Shown here: piece by piece, positions 35,241 through 45,027 of the stretch
Numbering within the stretch: position 1 is the first letter of the stretch
How the letters are laid out: every line of letters begins with the position of its first letter
The notes under the pieces: model-generated
Database searches by the model: none
Seen by the model: only the letters and a program-made list of their open reading frames with translations
Told to the model about the DNA's origin: nothing
Assembly (NCBI GenBank): GCA_023249375.1
Contig: JAHFCT010000002.1
Coordinates: 60,202-124,201 of the forward strand
DNA length: 64,000 nucleotides
Source of the DNA: Gemmatimonadota bacterium
GTDB lineage: Bacteria > Gemmatimonadota > Gemmatimonadetes > Gemmatimonadales > Gemmatimonadaceae
Reading direction: 5' to 3'
Position numbers and translations under genes: made by a program

Positions 35241-35807
35241 ATGCACAAGATCACCATCACGCTTGCGGCCGCGCTCTTGCTTGCGGCTCCCGTACAGGCG
35301 CAGACGGGGCTGTTTGTCGGTGCGCAGGTGACCGGAGCATCGCTCACGTACAAAGGAGCAGCCGAGAATCTGGATTTTGGTTCCGGCGTCGGCGTTCATG
35401 CGGGCCTCATGCTTGGGGGTTCGTTTGGCGTGCTCGTGAACTACGACAAGGCCACCCTTGGTTCATCTGGTGGAGACACCGACCTGGGGCAATGGGACAT
35501 CCTTGGGCGGATGTCATTTCTGGGACTCGGTCCGGCGAAGACGTACCTGACGGCGGGGATGACGGGACGGAAGACGACATCGTCGTTTTACAGCGGGGCA
35601 ACAGGGAACTTCGACTTCAGCGGCATGAACCCGACGGCAGGGCTTACGGCGCAGATGATGCTGGGATCCAAGCTCGCGCTGGACGGCGGCGTGCTATGGA
35701 CGTTTGGAAAGTTCAATGACACGAACGGGTACAGCAGTTCTCGGGTGGAAGCGACCGGGTCGCGCGTCTCGGTGGGGGCGAGCTTCTATTTGTTCGGCGG
35801 GAAGTAG
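35241..35807 (+). CDS. outer membrane beta-barrel protein (small porin / OmpW-like)
   Basis: GAGGA lies before the ATG. The signal peptide is MHKITITLAAALLLAAPVQAQ. Alternating beta-strand patterns run through the protein, which ends SFYLFGGK. Confidence 0.7.
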   Translation: MHKITITLAAALLLAAPVQAQTGLFVGAQVTGASLTYKGAAENLDFGSGVGVHAGLMLGGSFGVLVNYDKATLGSSGGDTDLGQWDILGRMSFLGLGPAKTYLTAGMTGRKTTSSFYSGATGNFDFSGMNPTAGLTAQMMLGSKLALDGGVLWTFGKFNDTNGYSSSRVEATGSRVSVGASFYLFGGK

Positions 35808-35852
35808 CGACGCGGCGCACCACGACGACAGCGAGAGCTGACGAGAACACCG

Positions 35853-35887
35853 CCGGGGGAACTGCCAGGTCGCTGCAGTTCCCCCGG
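35853..35887 (+). terminator. hairpin downstream of the beta-barrel gene
   Basis: CCGGGGGAACTGC (35853-35865) pairs with GCAGTTCCCCCGG (35875-35887) as a perfect 13-bp stem. Confidence 0.55.
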
Positions 35888-35972
35888 TGGCGTTCTCGGG
35901 TTGTGAAAGGCGTTGAGGTATTCAGAGAGCGGCCTGATTAGGACGAAGCGCCAAGGGTGACTAGCTTTACTG

Positions 35973-37652
35973 ATGACCAAACGCACGAGCAGCACCCCTG
36001 AAGCGGGCTTCGCCACGCTTGGCCTCGACCCGCGACTTCTTAGTGCGCTCACGGCGCTGGGCTACGAAGAACCGACGCCTATCCAGCTCGCAGCCATTCC
36101 GCCGATGCGTGAAGGCCGCGATGTGCTGGCGCAAGCGGCGACTGGCACCGGCAAGACCGCTGCGTTCGCACTTCCGCTGCTCCACAACATCGATCCCACG
36201 CTGCCGCCGAAAGTTCGGCTGCGGGCGCTCGTGCTCGTGCCCACGCGCGAGTTGGCGATGCAGGTGGCCGAGGCCATTCATCGCTACGGAAAGGTCTTTG
36301 GCGCATCCGCGCTACCGGTCTACGGTGGCGCATCCATGGAACAGCAGATTCGTTCGCTCAAGCGCGGCGTCGATGTCGTGATTGCCACGCCGGGGCGCGC
36401 GCTGGACCACATTCGCCGCAAGACGCTTTTTCTTTCGAGCGTGCAAGTGGTGGTGCTGGATGAAGCCGACGAAATGCTGGACATGGGATTCGCCGACGAC
36501 ATCGAGACCATTCTCGGCGAACTGCCGGCCGAACACCAGACGGCGCTGTTCAGCGCGACGCTGCCGGCGAAGATCACCAAGATCGCGAACTCGCACCTCA
36601 AGAACCCGGCGGTCGTCAAGATCGAACGGCCCTCCGTGCTGGCTGGGGAGACGGCAAAGGTGCGTCAGGTTGCGTATGTGGTGCCTCGCGCGCACAAGAT
36701 GGCGGCGTTGGCGCGCATCCTTGACGTCGAAGCCCCAGAAAGCGCGATCGTCTTCTGCCGCACGCGTACGGAGGTGGATCAACTGACCGAAACGCTCATG
36801 GCGCGTGGGTATCGCGCCGAGGCACTGCACGGTGGTCTGAGCCAGGACCAGCGCGATCGCGTCATGAAACGGTTTCGCGCCAAAGGGAGCGACTTGCTGA
36901 TCGCCACCGACGTAGCGGCGCGCGGCCTCGACGTGAAGCACGTGACGCACGTGGTGAACTACGACGTGCCGTGGGAGTCGGAGAGCTACGTGCACCGCAT
37001 TGGGCGCACAGGGCGCATGGGACGCGAAGGCGTGGCGATCACCCTCGCCGAGCCGCGTGAACACAGACTGCTGCGAAACATCGAAGCCGCCACCAAACAG
37101 AAGATCGACATCGGCACGGTGCCAACAGCGGCAGACCTGCGCACGCGGCAGCTTGAACAGCTGCGCGACCAGGTGGCGCGCCTTCTGGCCGAGGACGAAC
37201 TCGACCGGTACCGTCCCATTGTCGAGCAGCTCGCCGAAGAACACGACGTCATGGATATCGCGGCGGCCGCGCTTCGCATGGCGGCGCGCAAGGATGAAGG
37301 CGAAGCGGAGCCGATGGACATTCCGAGCGTGACGCCGCGCGGCGGCGATCGAGACGGGTTCGCGCCACGACCGGCGCGTCAAAGCCGCCGCGAGTTTGCT
37401 GGCAAGGTGGGTGGCGCAGTAGCCAAGATCTATGTGGGGGCGGGCCGCAAGCTGAAGATCCGTCCGGGTGACATCGTCGGCGCGATCGCCGGCGAGGCAA
37501 ACATCCCGATCTCGCAGATTGGCGCCGTGCAGATCGGCGACCGGCACTCCATTGTGGAGGTGCCGGAAGACAAGGCCAACTTCATCATTGCCAAGCTGTC
37601 GGCGAGCACGATCAAGGGAAAGAAAGTGCGCGTGCGGCGCGACCAGTCGTAG
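35973..37652 (+). CDS. deaD: DEAD-box ATP-dependent RNA helicase with DbpA-type C-terminal RNA-binding domain
   Basis: The Q motif, AQAATGTGKT, VLDEADEMLDMGF, SAT, and HRIGRTGR are all present. The C-terminus is DbpA-like. Confidence 0.93.
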   Translation: MTKRTSSTPEAGFATLGLDPRLLSALTALGYEEPTPIQLAAIPPMREGRDVLAQAATGTGKTAAFALPLLHNIDPTLPPKVRLRALVLVPTRELAMQVAEAIHRYGKVFGASALPVYGGASMEQQIRSLKRGVDVVIATPGRALDHIRRKTLFLSSVQVVVLDEADEMLDMGFADDIETILGELPAEHQTALFSATLPAKITKIANSHLKNPAVVKIERPSVLAGETAKVRQVAYVVPRAHKMAALARILDVEAPESAIVFCRTRTEVDQLTETLMARGYRAEALHGGLSQDQRDRVMKRFRAKGSDLLIATDVAARGLDVKHVTHVVNYDVPWESESYVHRIGRTGRMGREGVAITLAEPREHRLLRNIEAATKQKIDIGTVPTAADLRTRQLEQLRDQVARLLAEDELDRYRPIVEQLAEEHDVMDIAAAALRMAARKDEGEAEPMDIPSVTPRGGDRDGFAPRPARQSRREFAGKVGGAVAKIYVGAGRKLKIRPGDIVGAIAGEANIPISQIGAVQIGDRHSIVEVPEDKANFIIAKLSASTIKGKKVRVRRDQS

Positions 37653-37664
37653 CGTCGCGCAGCG

Positions 37665-38279
37665 TCAGCGTCCCACGTCTGCTCTCGGGCGGATGTCGCA
37701 GCCGTGCAGGTGATCGTTGACGAGTCCCATGGCCTGCATGAACGCGTACATCGTCGTGGGGCCGACGAACGTCCATCCGCGCCGCTTCAATTCCTTGGAG
37801 AGCGCCGTGGACTCTGCCGTGATCGCCATCGTGCGCAGGACGTCCCACGTCAGTTTCTTTGGACGGGACTTCGGGCTGGGTTCGAATCTCCAAATGAACT
37901 TCGCCAACGAACCTTCCACATCGATGAGCTCCGCGCAGCGGCGCGCGTTGTTGATGGAGCTCTCGATCTTGCCGCGGTGGCGGACGATGCCGGTGTCCTG
38001 CAACAAGCGCTCGACCTTCCGCGGCGTGTAGCGAGCCACGCGTTCGATGTCGAAACCATCGAACGCCGCGCGGAAATGTTCACGCTTGCGGAGGATGGTG
38101 AGCCAGCTCAAGCCGGCCTGAAATCCTTCGAGTGTGATTTTTTCGAACAATTGGCGGTCATCACGTACCGGGAATCCCCACTCGGTGTCGTGGTATTTCA
38201 CGTACATCGGATCGGCCGCGCACCAGAAGCAGCGCGTGAGGCCGTCGTCACGTTCGGTGAAGCCGTGGTGTGAAGCCAT
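37665..38279 (-). CDS. tag: DNA-3-methyladenine glycosylase I
   Basis: CFWCAADPMYVKYHDTEWGFP and LEGFQAGLSWLTIL are present. The start was set to the ATG at 38279. Confidence 0.9.
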   Translation of the reverse strand: MASHHGFTERDDGLTRCFWCAADPMYVKYHDTEWGFPVRDDRQLFEKITLEGFQAGLSWLTILRKREHFRAAFDGFDIERVARYTPRKVERLLQDTGIVRHRGKIESSINNARRCAELIDVEGSLAKFIWRFEPSPKSRPKKLTWDVLRTMAITAESTALSKELKRRGWTFVGPTTMYAFMQAMGLVNDHLHGCDIRPRADVGR

Positions 38280-38434
38280 GCCTTCAAAGTAGCGGAACGG
38301 ACGCGCCGTACCGCGGTCCGATGAACAACGCCACCGATTGCCGCGATCAACCCGCACAACACGGGCAGTTTCACGCCGGATGTCGCGCGCATAGTTTACG
38401 TGGCCCGTCACACCCTCCGCGGCCCGACTTGCTG

Positions 38435-39691
38435 ATGATTTCGTCCTCGATGAAGCGCCTGTTGCCCGCAGTTCTCGCCATCGCCGGAACCGCCTGCGTT
38501 CGAACGCCGACGAACACCGTGCCGGCGCAGAGGACAGCCGACCGCACGGTGGTGCTCGTGTCGTTCGATGGGTTTCGTGCCGACTATCTCAACCGTCCGG
38601 GCGCGGTGCGGCTGCGCGCGCTGGCCGCAGCAGGTGTGCGCGCGGAACGGATGGTACCGTCGTTCCCCTCGAAGACCTTTCCCAATCACTACACACTGGT
38701 CACCGGACTCTATCCGGAGCACCACGGCATCATCGCGAACACCATGTATGATGCCGCCATCGCGAAGACGTTCACGATCTCGGATACATCGGTGACGCAT
38801 GATCCGCGGTGGTGGGGCGGTGAGCCGCTCTGGAACACGGTCGAGCGGCAGGGGAAGAAGGCTGCTTCGTTCTTCTGGGTGGGGTCGGACATCCCGATCA
38901 ACGGCGCGCTTCCCACCTGGTATCGCATCTACAACACCAAGGTGCCGAACGAAACACGCGTACAATCCGTGCTCGACTGGCTGGCGCTGCCTACGGGCAC
39001 GGGCCCCGCGCTGGTGACGCTGTACTTCAGCGATGCGGATGATGCGGGCCACAACTTTGGCCCCGATTCCCCGCAGGTTGACAGCGCCATAACCGCACTC
39101 GATGGCATGCTGGGCAAATTGGTGGATGGCATTGCCGCGCGCGGACTCACTGGTCGAGTAGACCTCGTCGTTGTTTCGGACCACGGCATGACGGCGCTCG
39201 CGGGCGATCGGGTCATCTACCTGGACGACTACATCGACCTCGCGAAGGTCAGCGTCATCGACTGGTCGCCGGTTGGGGCAATCTCTCCGGCGCCAGACTA
39301 TGAAGCCGAGGCGTATTCGCGGCTGCGGTCGGCGCATCCGCACATGCGGGTCTATCGCAAGGGAGAGGTGCCCGCGCGACTGCATTTCAACACGAACGCC
39401 CGCATCACGCCGCTGGTCGCCATCGCTGACGAGGGATGGACGATCACGACGCATGCGAATGCCGCGCGCTACGGCCTGCCGCACGGCGGTACACATGGCT
39501 ACGACAACCAGTTGCCGTCCATGGGGGCGCTCTTTCTGGCGGCCGGTCCGGATTTCCGGCAAGGGGTGGTGGTGCCGCCGTTTCAAAACATCCACGTGTA
39601 TGATTTGCTCGCCGGGTTGCTCGGTGTGACGCCGGCGCCGAACGACGGCTCAGCGGATTCCACCCGAATGCTGCTGCGCGCCGCACGATAA
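38435..39691 (+). CDS. ectonucleotide pyrophosphatase/phosphodiesterase (alkaline phosphatase superfamily)
   Basis: The signal peptide is MKRLLPAVLAIAGTAC. The catalytic region is SFPSKTFPNHYTLVTGLYPEHHGI, and DHGM follows later. The start is at 38435 or 38450. Confidence 0.85.
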   Translation: MISSSMKRLLPAVLAIAGTACVRTPTNTVPAQRTADRTVVLVSFDGFRADYLNRPGAVRLRALAAAGVRAERMVPSFPSKTFPNHYTLVTGLYPEHHGIIANTMYDAAIAKTFTISDTSVTHDPRWWGGEPLWNTVERQGKKAASFFWVGSDIPINGALPTWYRIYNTKVPNETRVQSVLDWLALPTGTGPALVTLYFSDADDAGHNFGPDSPQVDSAITALDGMLGKLVDGIAARGLTGRVDLVVVSDHGMTALAGDRVIYLDDYIDLAKVSVIDWSPVGAISPAPDYEAEAYSRLRSAHPHMRVYRKGEVPARLHFNTNARITPLVAIADEGWTITTHANAARYGLPHGGTHGYDNQLPSMGALFLAAGPDFRQGVVVPPFQNIHVYDLLAGLLGVTPAPNDGSADSTRMLLRAAR

Positions 39692-39767
39692 CCGGCGACT
39701 GGAACGACCAACGGGACGTCGGTTGATCAGGCCGGCGCCCCGTACGCTCACTACGACGTCAGTTGTC

Positions 39768-40268
39768 TTACGCCACTACGACCGGCTCAGGAAACCAGAG
39801 AGCCGCTTCTCGGGCCAACGCCGGTACCATGCCTGAAGCTGCCGCGAGGGCATCGAGCAGGTGCTCCAGGAGGAACGGAGCAGCGATCTGCTCGATGGCG
39901 TACCGGATCTCGTCATCCCTCCAATACGCATATCCGATGCGTAAACGGTTCGCGTTGACTTCGTTGAGCCACGCGCAGAGATCCTCGCTGTACGGCACCT
40001 CAGAGACCACGGTACCAAGAACCCGTATTACCGGCGGTTCTTCTTCCACCTGAATTGCCAGGGGGACGTCGTCCACTCCAACCACGATCATCCCTGATGG
40101 ATCGACTTTGAGTGTGCCCTCCGGCACATAGGGTGCGAGGCCAGTCAGGACTCGCGTGATGAGGCGTCGTCGATCGGACTCAGGATCGTGATGCGTTGCT
40201 GACTTGGGCGTCGTCGAAGACCGCTTGGCTCTGGCCGGTCTCCTGTGCGCTGACGGCATCGGAACCAC
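39768..40268 (-). CDS. hypothetical protein, possibly YbjN / T3SS-chaperone-like fold
   Basis: A basic disordered N-terminus is followed by a compact acidic domain (VIRVLGTVVSEVPYSEDLCAWLNEVNANRLRIGYAYW). The family assignment is tentative. Confidence 0.45.
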   Translation of the reverse strand: MVPMPSAHRRPARAKRSSTTPKSATHHDPESDRRRLITRVLTGLAPYVPEGTLKVDPSGMIVVGVDDVPLAIQVEEEPPVIRVLGTVVSEVPYSEDLCAWLNEVNANRLRIGYAYWRDDEIRYAIEQIAAPFLLEHLLDALAAASGMVPALAREAALWFPEPVVVA

Positions 40269-40498
40269 CTCCCCGAAGTGGGCGCAAGTCCACCATGAAG
40301 GGAGTTCGAAGAAAACGCAATAGGCGGGGTCCCGACAGCTTGTGAGTCAATTCTGCGCCAGACAGCGCCCAGCGGCGGCGCCGCAAACGTCCTCTCCTCG
40401 CGGCGCTATATCGGCTTGCCTTCGTCCGACGTGGGCGTCTTCCGCCGCACGGCGCTGAGCGAGAGATTCTTCAGATTCCCCACGTGCCGGAGCTAGCA

Positions 40499-41779
40499 AT
40501 GACCTCGCGCCGCGACTTCTTCAGCTTGTCCGCCACGGCCGTTGCCGCGACTGCCCTTTCGCCGGCGCACGCTGACGCCGCGCCGACCGCCGCGACCGAC
40601 GATCCGCCCGCCATCGCCGCCCTCAAGTCGATGCGCGACCAAGCGACGCCGATCACGGTGGCGGAACGGCAGCGACGGCTCGAACGGGCGCGGGAGTTGA
40701 TGCGCGCAAATAAGCTCGAAGCAATCATGCTGACGGGCGGTACCACGATGGACTACTTCACGGGCATGAAGTGGGGGCTCAGCGAACGTCTGCTGGCGGT
40801 GATCATTCCAGTGAAGGGCGATGCGTTTCTGGTGACCCCGAAGTTCGAAGAAGAACGTGCCCTCGAGCAGGCGCGCCAAGGTCCGCTGGGCGCCGGCACC
40901 GAAGTGCTGGCGTGGGAGGAAGACGAATCACCGCATACGCTGGTGGCGAAGGGACTGCGGGCACGCGGCATTGCCACCGGCGTGCTGGGCGTCGAAGAGA
41001 CCGTGCGCTGGCAGTTCAGCGACGGGGCATCGCACGCCCTTCCTCAAATGAACCTGGCGAGCGCGACCCCCGTGTCGGCTGGTTGCCGCATGGTGAAGGA
41101 CGCGCATGAGATCGCGCTCATGCGGCTGGCGGCCCAGGTGACGCTGGCGGCGTATGAAGCGGCGTGGAAATCCCTGCGCGAGGGAATGACGCAGGGCGAC
41201 TTCGCCGCTCTCGTGGCGCGCGCTCACGCCAAGCTCGGTTTTGACGGGGGAGCCGGCGTCCAGGTCGGACAGTACTCGGCGCTGCCGCACGGTTCAGCGA
41301 CGCCGCAGCTGGTGCGCGAGGGATCTATTCTGCTGATCGATGGCGGTTGCAAGGTTGAGGGATACAGCTCTGACATCAGCCGCACCTTCGTGCTCGGTCA
41401 GCCCGCGCAGAAAATGAAGGACGTGTTCGAAATCGTGCACCGTGCGCAGACGGCCGCCGTGAAGACGGCGCGGCCCGGCCTGACGTGCGGTGCGGTGGAC
41501 GCGGCCGCTCGCAAGGTCATTGTCGATGCCGGCTATGGCCCGGGGTACAAGTACTTTGGACATCGAGTGGGACACGGCCTCGGCATGGACGGTCATGAGT
41601 GGCCGTATCTGGTGAAGGGAAATCCACTCACGCTGCAGCCGCATATGACCTTCAGCGACGAGCCGGGTGTCTACATTCCCGGCGAGTTCGGCGTGCGCCT
41701 GGAGGATGACATGCACATTCTCGACGACGGGGCAGAACTCTTCACCCCGCAGAGCCGAAGTCTCGAGAAGCCGTTCTGA
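40499..41779 (+). CDS. Xaa-Pro aminopeptidase / prolidase (M24B) with twin-arginine signal peptide
   Basis: MTSRRDFFSLSATAVAATALSPAHA is a Tat motif. The M24 metal ligands are present (FGHRVGHGLGMDGHE, EPGVYIPGEFGVRLED). Confidence 0.88.
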   Translation: MTSRRDFFSLSATAVAATALSPAHADAAPTAATDDPPAIAALKSMRDQATPITVAERQRRLERARELMRANKLEAIMLTGGTTMDYFTGMKWGLSERLLAVIIPVKGDAFLVTPKFEEERALEQARQGPLGAGTEVLAWEEDESPHTLVAKGLRARGIATGVLGVEETVRWQFSDGASHALPQMNLASATPVSAGCRMVKDAHEIALMRLAAQVTLAAYEAAWKSLREGMTQGDFAALVARAHAKLGFDGGAGVQVGQYSALPHGSATPQLVREGSILLIDGGCKVEGYSSDISRTFVLGQPAQKMKDVFEIVHRAQTAAVKTARPGLTCGAVDAAARKVIVDAGYGPGYKYFGHRVGHGLGMDGHEWPYLVKGNPLTLQPHMTFSDEPGVYIPGEFGVRLEDDMHILDDGAELFTPQSRSLEKPF

Positions 41780-41829
41780 CGACATATCGCAATGCCGCGG
41801 CACCGTTTGCCTTCTTCCAACCATCGAGC

Positions 41830-42729
41830 ATGACACGCCCGGATTATGAAGCGCTTGCACGCCAGCTCGACGGCACCGGCGAGTTCAAGGTGCTGCGCCG
41901 GTTCCAGCCGCGCACATCGTATGGCAGCGCCGAGGACGGGGAGGAAACGCGGACCGCGCTGCTGGTCGACGTCGAAACCACCGGCACGCATTGGCCGACC
42001 GACCGGATCATTGAGTTTGCCGGCGTTCCGTTCACGTTCGGCATGAAGAGCGGGCGGATCACGACGATAGGAACGCCGTTCTCATCGCTCGAGGATCCCG
42101 GGCGTCCCGTGCCTCCGGAGATTGTGAGACTGACGCACATCACGGACGAGATGGTTGCAGGCAAGCGCATTGACGACGCACAGGTTGCGGCGCTCACCGA
42201 TCAGGCGCAGCTCATCATCGCGCACAACGCCAAGTTCGACAGGCCGTTCGTGGAACAGCGATTTCCATTCTTCCAGGACAAGCACTGGGCCTGCTCTATC
42301 AACGATGTGCCGTGGCAGGCGCACGGTCTTGGGTCGGTGAAACTCGGCTGGCTCCTGATGGAACATTCAGGACTGTATTTCCGTGCACACCGCGCGGCGG
42401 ACGATTGTTACGCCACCATTCACGTGCTGGCGACGCCGTTTGCCGACGATGGGTCGCTGCCTATGCAACACCTGCTGGAAACGAGCCGGCGTCACACGAT
42501 GCTGGTGCGTGCGGTGACGTCGCCGTTCGACACGAAAGATCTATTGAAGGCGCGCAGCTATCAGTGGGATACCGGGACAGTGGACCGCCCCAAGGCATGG
42601 CAGAAGGAAGTCAGCGAAGAGATGCTGGATGCTGAACTCGCCTGGCTGCGCGACACGATCTACCGCGGAAAGGGCGGACCGGAAGTGAAGAAACTCACGG
42701 CGCGCACCCGCTATTCCGCGACGCGCTGA
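41830..42729 (+). CDS. DEDDh 3'-5' exonuclease (DnaQ/epsilon-like) with C-terminal extension
   Basis: ExoI is LLVDVETTG, ExoII is IAHNAKFDRPF and ExoIII is HRAADDCYAT. Confidence 0.8.
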   Translation: MTRPDYEALARQLDGTGEFKVLRRFQPRTSYGSAEDGEETRTALLVDVETTGTHWPTDRIIEFAGVPFTFGMKSGRITTIGTPFSSLEDPGRPVPPEIVRLTHITDEMVAGKRIDDAQVAALTDQAQLIIAHNAKFDRPFVEQRFPFFQDKHWACSINDVPWQAHGLGSVKLGWLLMEHSGLYFRAHRAADDCYATIHVLATPFADDGSLPMQHLLETSRRHTMLVRAVTSPFDTKDLLKARSYQWDTGTVDRPKAWQKEVSEEMLDAELAWLRDTIYRGKGGPEVKKLTARTRYSATR

Positions 42730-42756
42730 GTTCCCGCCCATGCAGCGCTTCTTCCG

Positions 42757-44979
42757 ATGATCGCGGCACTCGTCGCCTTCATCGTACCAGTCGTCCAGGT
42801 GTCAACGTCCGCACCATCATGGCGTCACGACACGCTGACGTACGAATCGGCGCGGCTCCGGACCGTCATTGCCGCCGCCGCGAGAGCGAACCGACGTGTG
42901 CCGCCAGGGCTTGGCGCCTATCACGCGCACGTGGAGAGCGAGATCTCGATCGGAACGCAGCGTCCGGACAAGGGTGAGCAGTCACTCTCCGTGGAACAGG
43001 TCGCCAGCGATCTGGCGTGGAACCGTCTGGGCGACTTTGAGCAGTCCATCATCGGATACCGTTCACAGTCACTAGGCCTCCAGTTCGCCTCCATCGGGTT
43101 CTTTCGGAATGCGTGGGCCGTGCCGTCGCTTTATGGCAACCGGCTGGCACTTCTGTTTGGCGTCGATACGAGCCGCCGCCCTCCCATGGGCCGGTCGCGC
43201 GTCGATCGATCCACGGTCTATGCCGTGCATCCGCTGGCTGAGGATCGCGAGCGCGTGTATCGCTTTCGTGGAGGCGATACCGTCGTGGTGCTGCGCATGA
43301 ACGGCCGAGAGATTCCGATTGTGCGCGTGGAAGTAGAACCGCGCGCTGACGCGCGAACGGAAACCGTGATCTTCACGGGCGAGATCGACCTCGACGCCAC
43401 CCGTCTGCACCTGGTTCGCATGCGCGGGTACTTTGCGCGCGTTGGACGGCCGAAGCCGAAGTTCGCCTCCCTCACGGAGTCGCGGCTGCAGGCCATCGCC
43501 TTCGTGGAGCTCGTCAACAGCGAGCTCGATCAGCAGTACTGGCTGCCGTCCTACCAACGCTTCGAGGCCCAGGCAGCCGCACCATTTTTCGGCGATGCAC
43601 GCGCGGTATTCCGCATCGTATCGCGTTTTCGAGATTACGAAATCACGACGCCCGGCAGCGACGCCGCGCGTTTCGCGCTGAGTGGCACGGCCGACACACT
43701 GCGCCTGCGCGAGCACCGCCTGACCTTCGCGCACGCCGACTCGATGAAACGGTTTGTCGCCTGGCGCGACGAAATCGGAGCGCTCACTTCCGGCGTGACC
43801 GCGACCGACTTTGATGACGTGGCCCCGGACATCTGGCGCGCCACCGGACCGCCTCGCACGACGGTGCGCCCTGAGCGCATCGATGACGTCGTGCATGTAA
43901 ATCGCATCGAGGGCGTGTGGACGGGACTCGGCATTACGCGACAGTTCCGCGAGCAGGTGCCGGGCCTCACCGTCCGGGCGATTGCCGGCTACGCGTGGAG
44001 TGAAGCCGCCGTGCGCGGACGGGCCATTGTGGAGTACAACGTCGCCCGCATGCGGTATGGCATGCGCGCGGGCCGCTCACTCGACATCACGAATGACTTC
44101 CGTGTTGCCTTTGATTCCGGAAACGCGACCAACGCCATCTTCGGCATCGACGATTATGACTACGTAGACCGCCGCTCCGTGATGGTGTCGGCGGCGCGTC
44201 TCCTGCCCGGGCGGTTCGGCAGCGCCATGCGCATCGACGCCGGACTCGTCGACGACCGCAATGTCAACGTGTCGATGGAACGATCGCTGATCGGCCGTGA
44301 ACGATTCCGCGACAATCGCCGGGTGCTCGAAGGCCGCTATGCGCGCACGGCGCTGACGCTGGATTGGCGCCCGGATATCAACGGCGAGATGATGCGCAGA
44401 GGTCTCGGCGTTCGTGCGTACTACGAACGCGGGGACGGCGCGCTGGCGTATCAGCGCATCGAACTGCGCGGCGCGATGCGCTGGAACAGCGGTCGCGTGA
44501 CCGTGGCCGCCCGCGCTGATCTCGGACAGGTCTTTGGCCGCGTCATCCCGCCCCAGCAGCTCTTTGAACTCGGCAGCTCCGAGGCGCTTCCCGGCTATGG
44601 ATTCAAGGAGTTTGCCGGCGATCGCGCCGCACTCTTCCGTGGCGTGGTGATGTACCGGCTCGACGTCTGGCGCGGCCCCGTACCACTGACGCAGCGCCTC
44701 TGGCTGCCGAGTCCGTCTCCGGCGCTGTCGCTCGGCGTGCAGGCTGGGTGGACCGATCTTTCAACGCCGGCCGCACATATGGCTGTCGAGCAGCTGAGCG
44801 TGGCCGACCCTCGCGAACTCGCGCTCTGGCGTCCGGTGGCCCGTGCGAGTGACGGCGTGCGCGCGACCGTGTCGGGCGGTGTCCGGTTCTTTGGCGGCGC
44901 GGTTGGCGTGTTGATGGCACGGCCGCTCGACCATGGCGGCGCGTGGCGGCTGCTCCTGACGTTTGGCGGCCAACTCTAG
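42757..44979 (+). CDS. large outer-membrane protein, Omp85/BamA-like C-terminal beta-barrel (putative)
   Basis: The C-terminal half has Omp85-like motifs: HVNRIEGVWTGLGI, LFELGSSEALPGYGFKEF and the terminal GVRFFGGAVGVLMARPLDHGGAWRLLLTFGGQL. The N-terminal half is unassigned. Confidence 0.55.
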   Translation: MIAALVAFIVPVVQVSTSAPSWRHDTLTYESARLRTVIAAAARANRRVPPGLGAYHAHVESEISIGTQRPDKGEQSLSVEQVASDLAWNRLGDFEQSIIGYRSQSLGLQFASIGFFRNAWAVPSLYGNRLALLFGVDTSRRPPMGRSRVDRSTVYAVHPLAEDRERVYRFRGGDTVVVLRMNGREIPIVRVEVEPRADARTETVIFTGEIDLDATRLHLVRMRGYFARVGRPKPKFASLTESRLQAIAFVELVNSELDQQYWLPSYQRFEAQAAAPFFGDARAVFRIVSRFRDYEITTPGSDAARFALSGTADTLRLREHRLTFAHADSMKRFVAWRDEIGALTSGVTATDFDDVAPDIWRATGPPRTTVRPERIDDVVHVNRIEGVWTGLGITRQFREQVPGLTVRAIAGYAWSEAAVRGRAIVEYNVARMRYGMRAGRSLDITNDFRVAFDSGNATNAIFGIDDYDYVDRRSVMVSAARLLPGRFGSAMRIDAGLVDDRNVNVSMERSLIGRERFRDNRRVLEGRYARTALTLDWRPDINGEMMRRGLGVRAYYERGDGALAYQRIELRGAMRWNSGRVTVAARADLGQVFGRVIPPQQLFELGSSEALPGYGFKEFAGDRAALFRGVVMYRLDVWRGPVPLTQRLWLPSPSPALSLGVQAGWTDLSTPAAHMAVEQLSVADPRELALWRPVARASDGVRATVSGGVRFFGGAVGVLMARPLDHGGAWRLLLTFGGQL

Positions 44980-45027
44980 CAGTCGCCAGCGCGACGGACA
45001 GCCGGAGTGCGGCCGCTTCCGGCGTGG

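Noticed and set aside
36312-37547. A 411-aa minus-strand ORF.
   Set aside because: It is antisense to the clearly recognisable DEAD-box helicase gene. It is Arg/Ala/His-rich with no motifs, a typical high-GC shadow ORF.
38408-39595. A 395-aa minus-strand ORF.
   Set aside because: It is antisense to the nucleotide pyrophosphatase/phosphodiesterase gene. It has no recognisable motifs and an Arg-rich composition.
43072-43896. A 274-aa minus-strand ORF.
   Set aside because: It is antisense to the 740-aa Omp85-like gene. The plus-strand frame is continuous over 2.2 kb and ends in a recognisable beta-barrel C-terminus.
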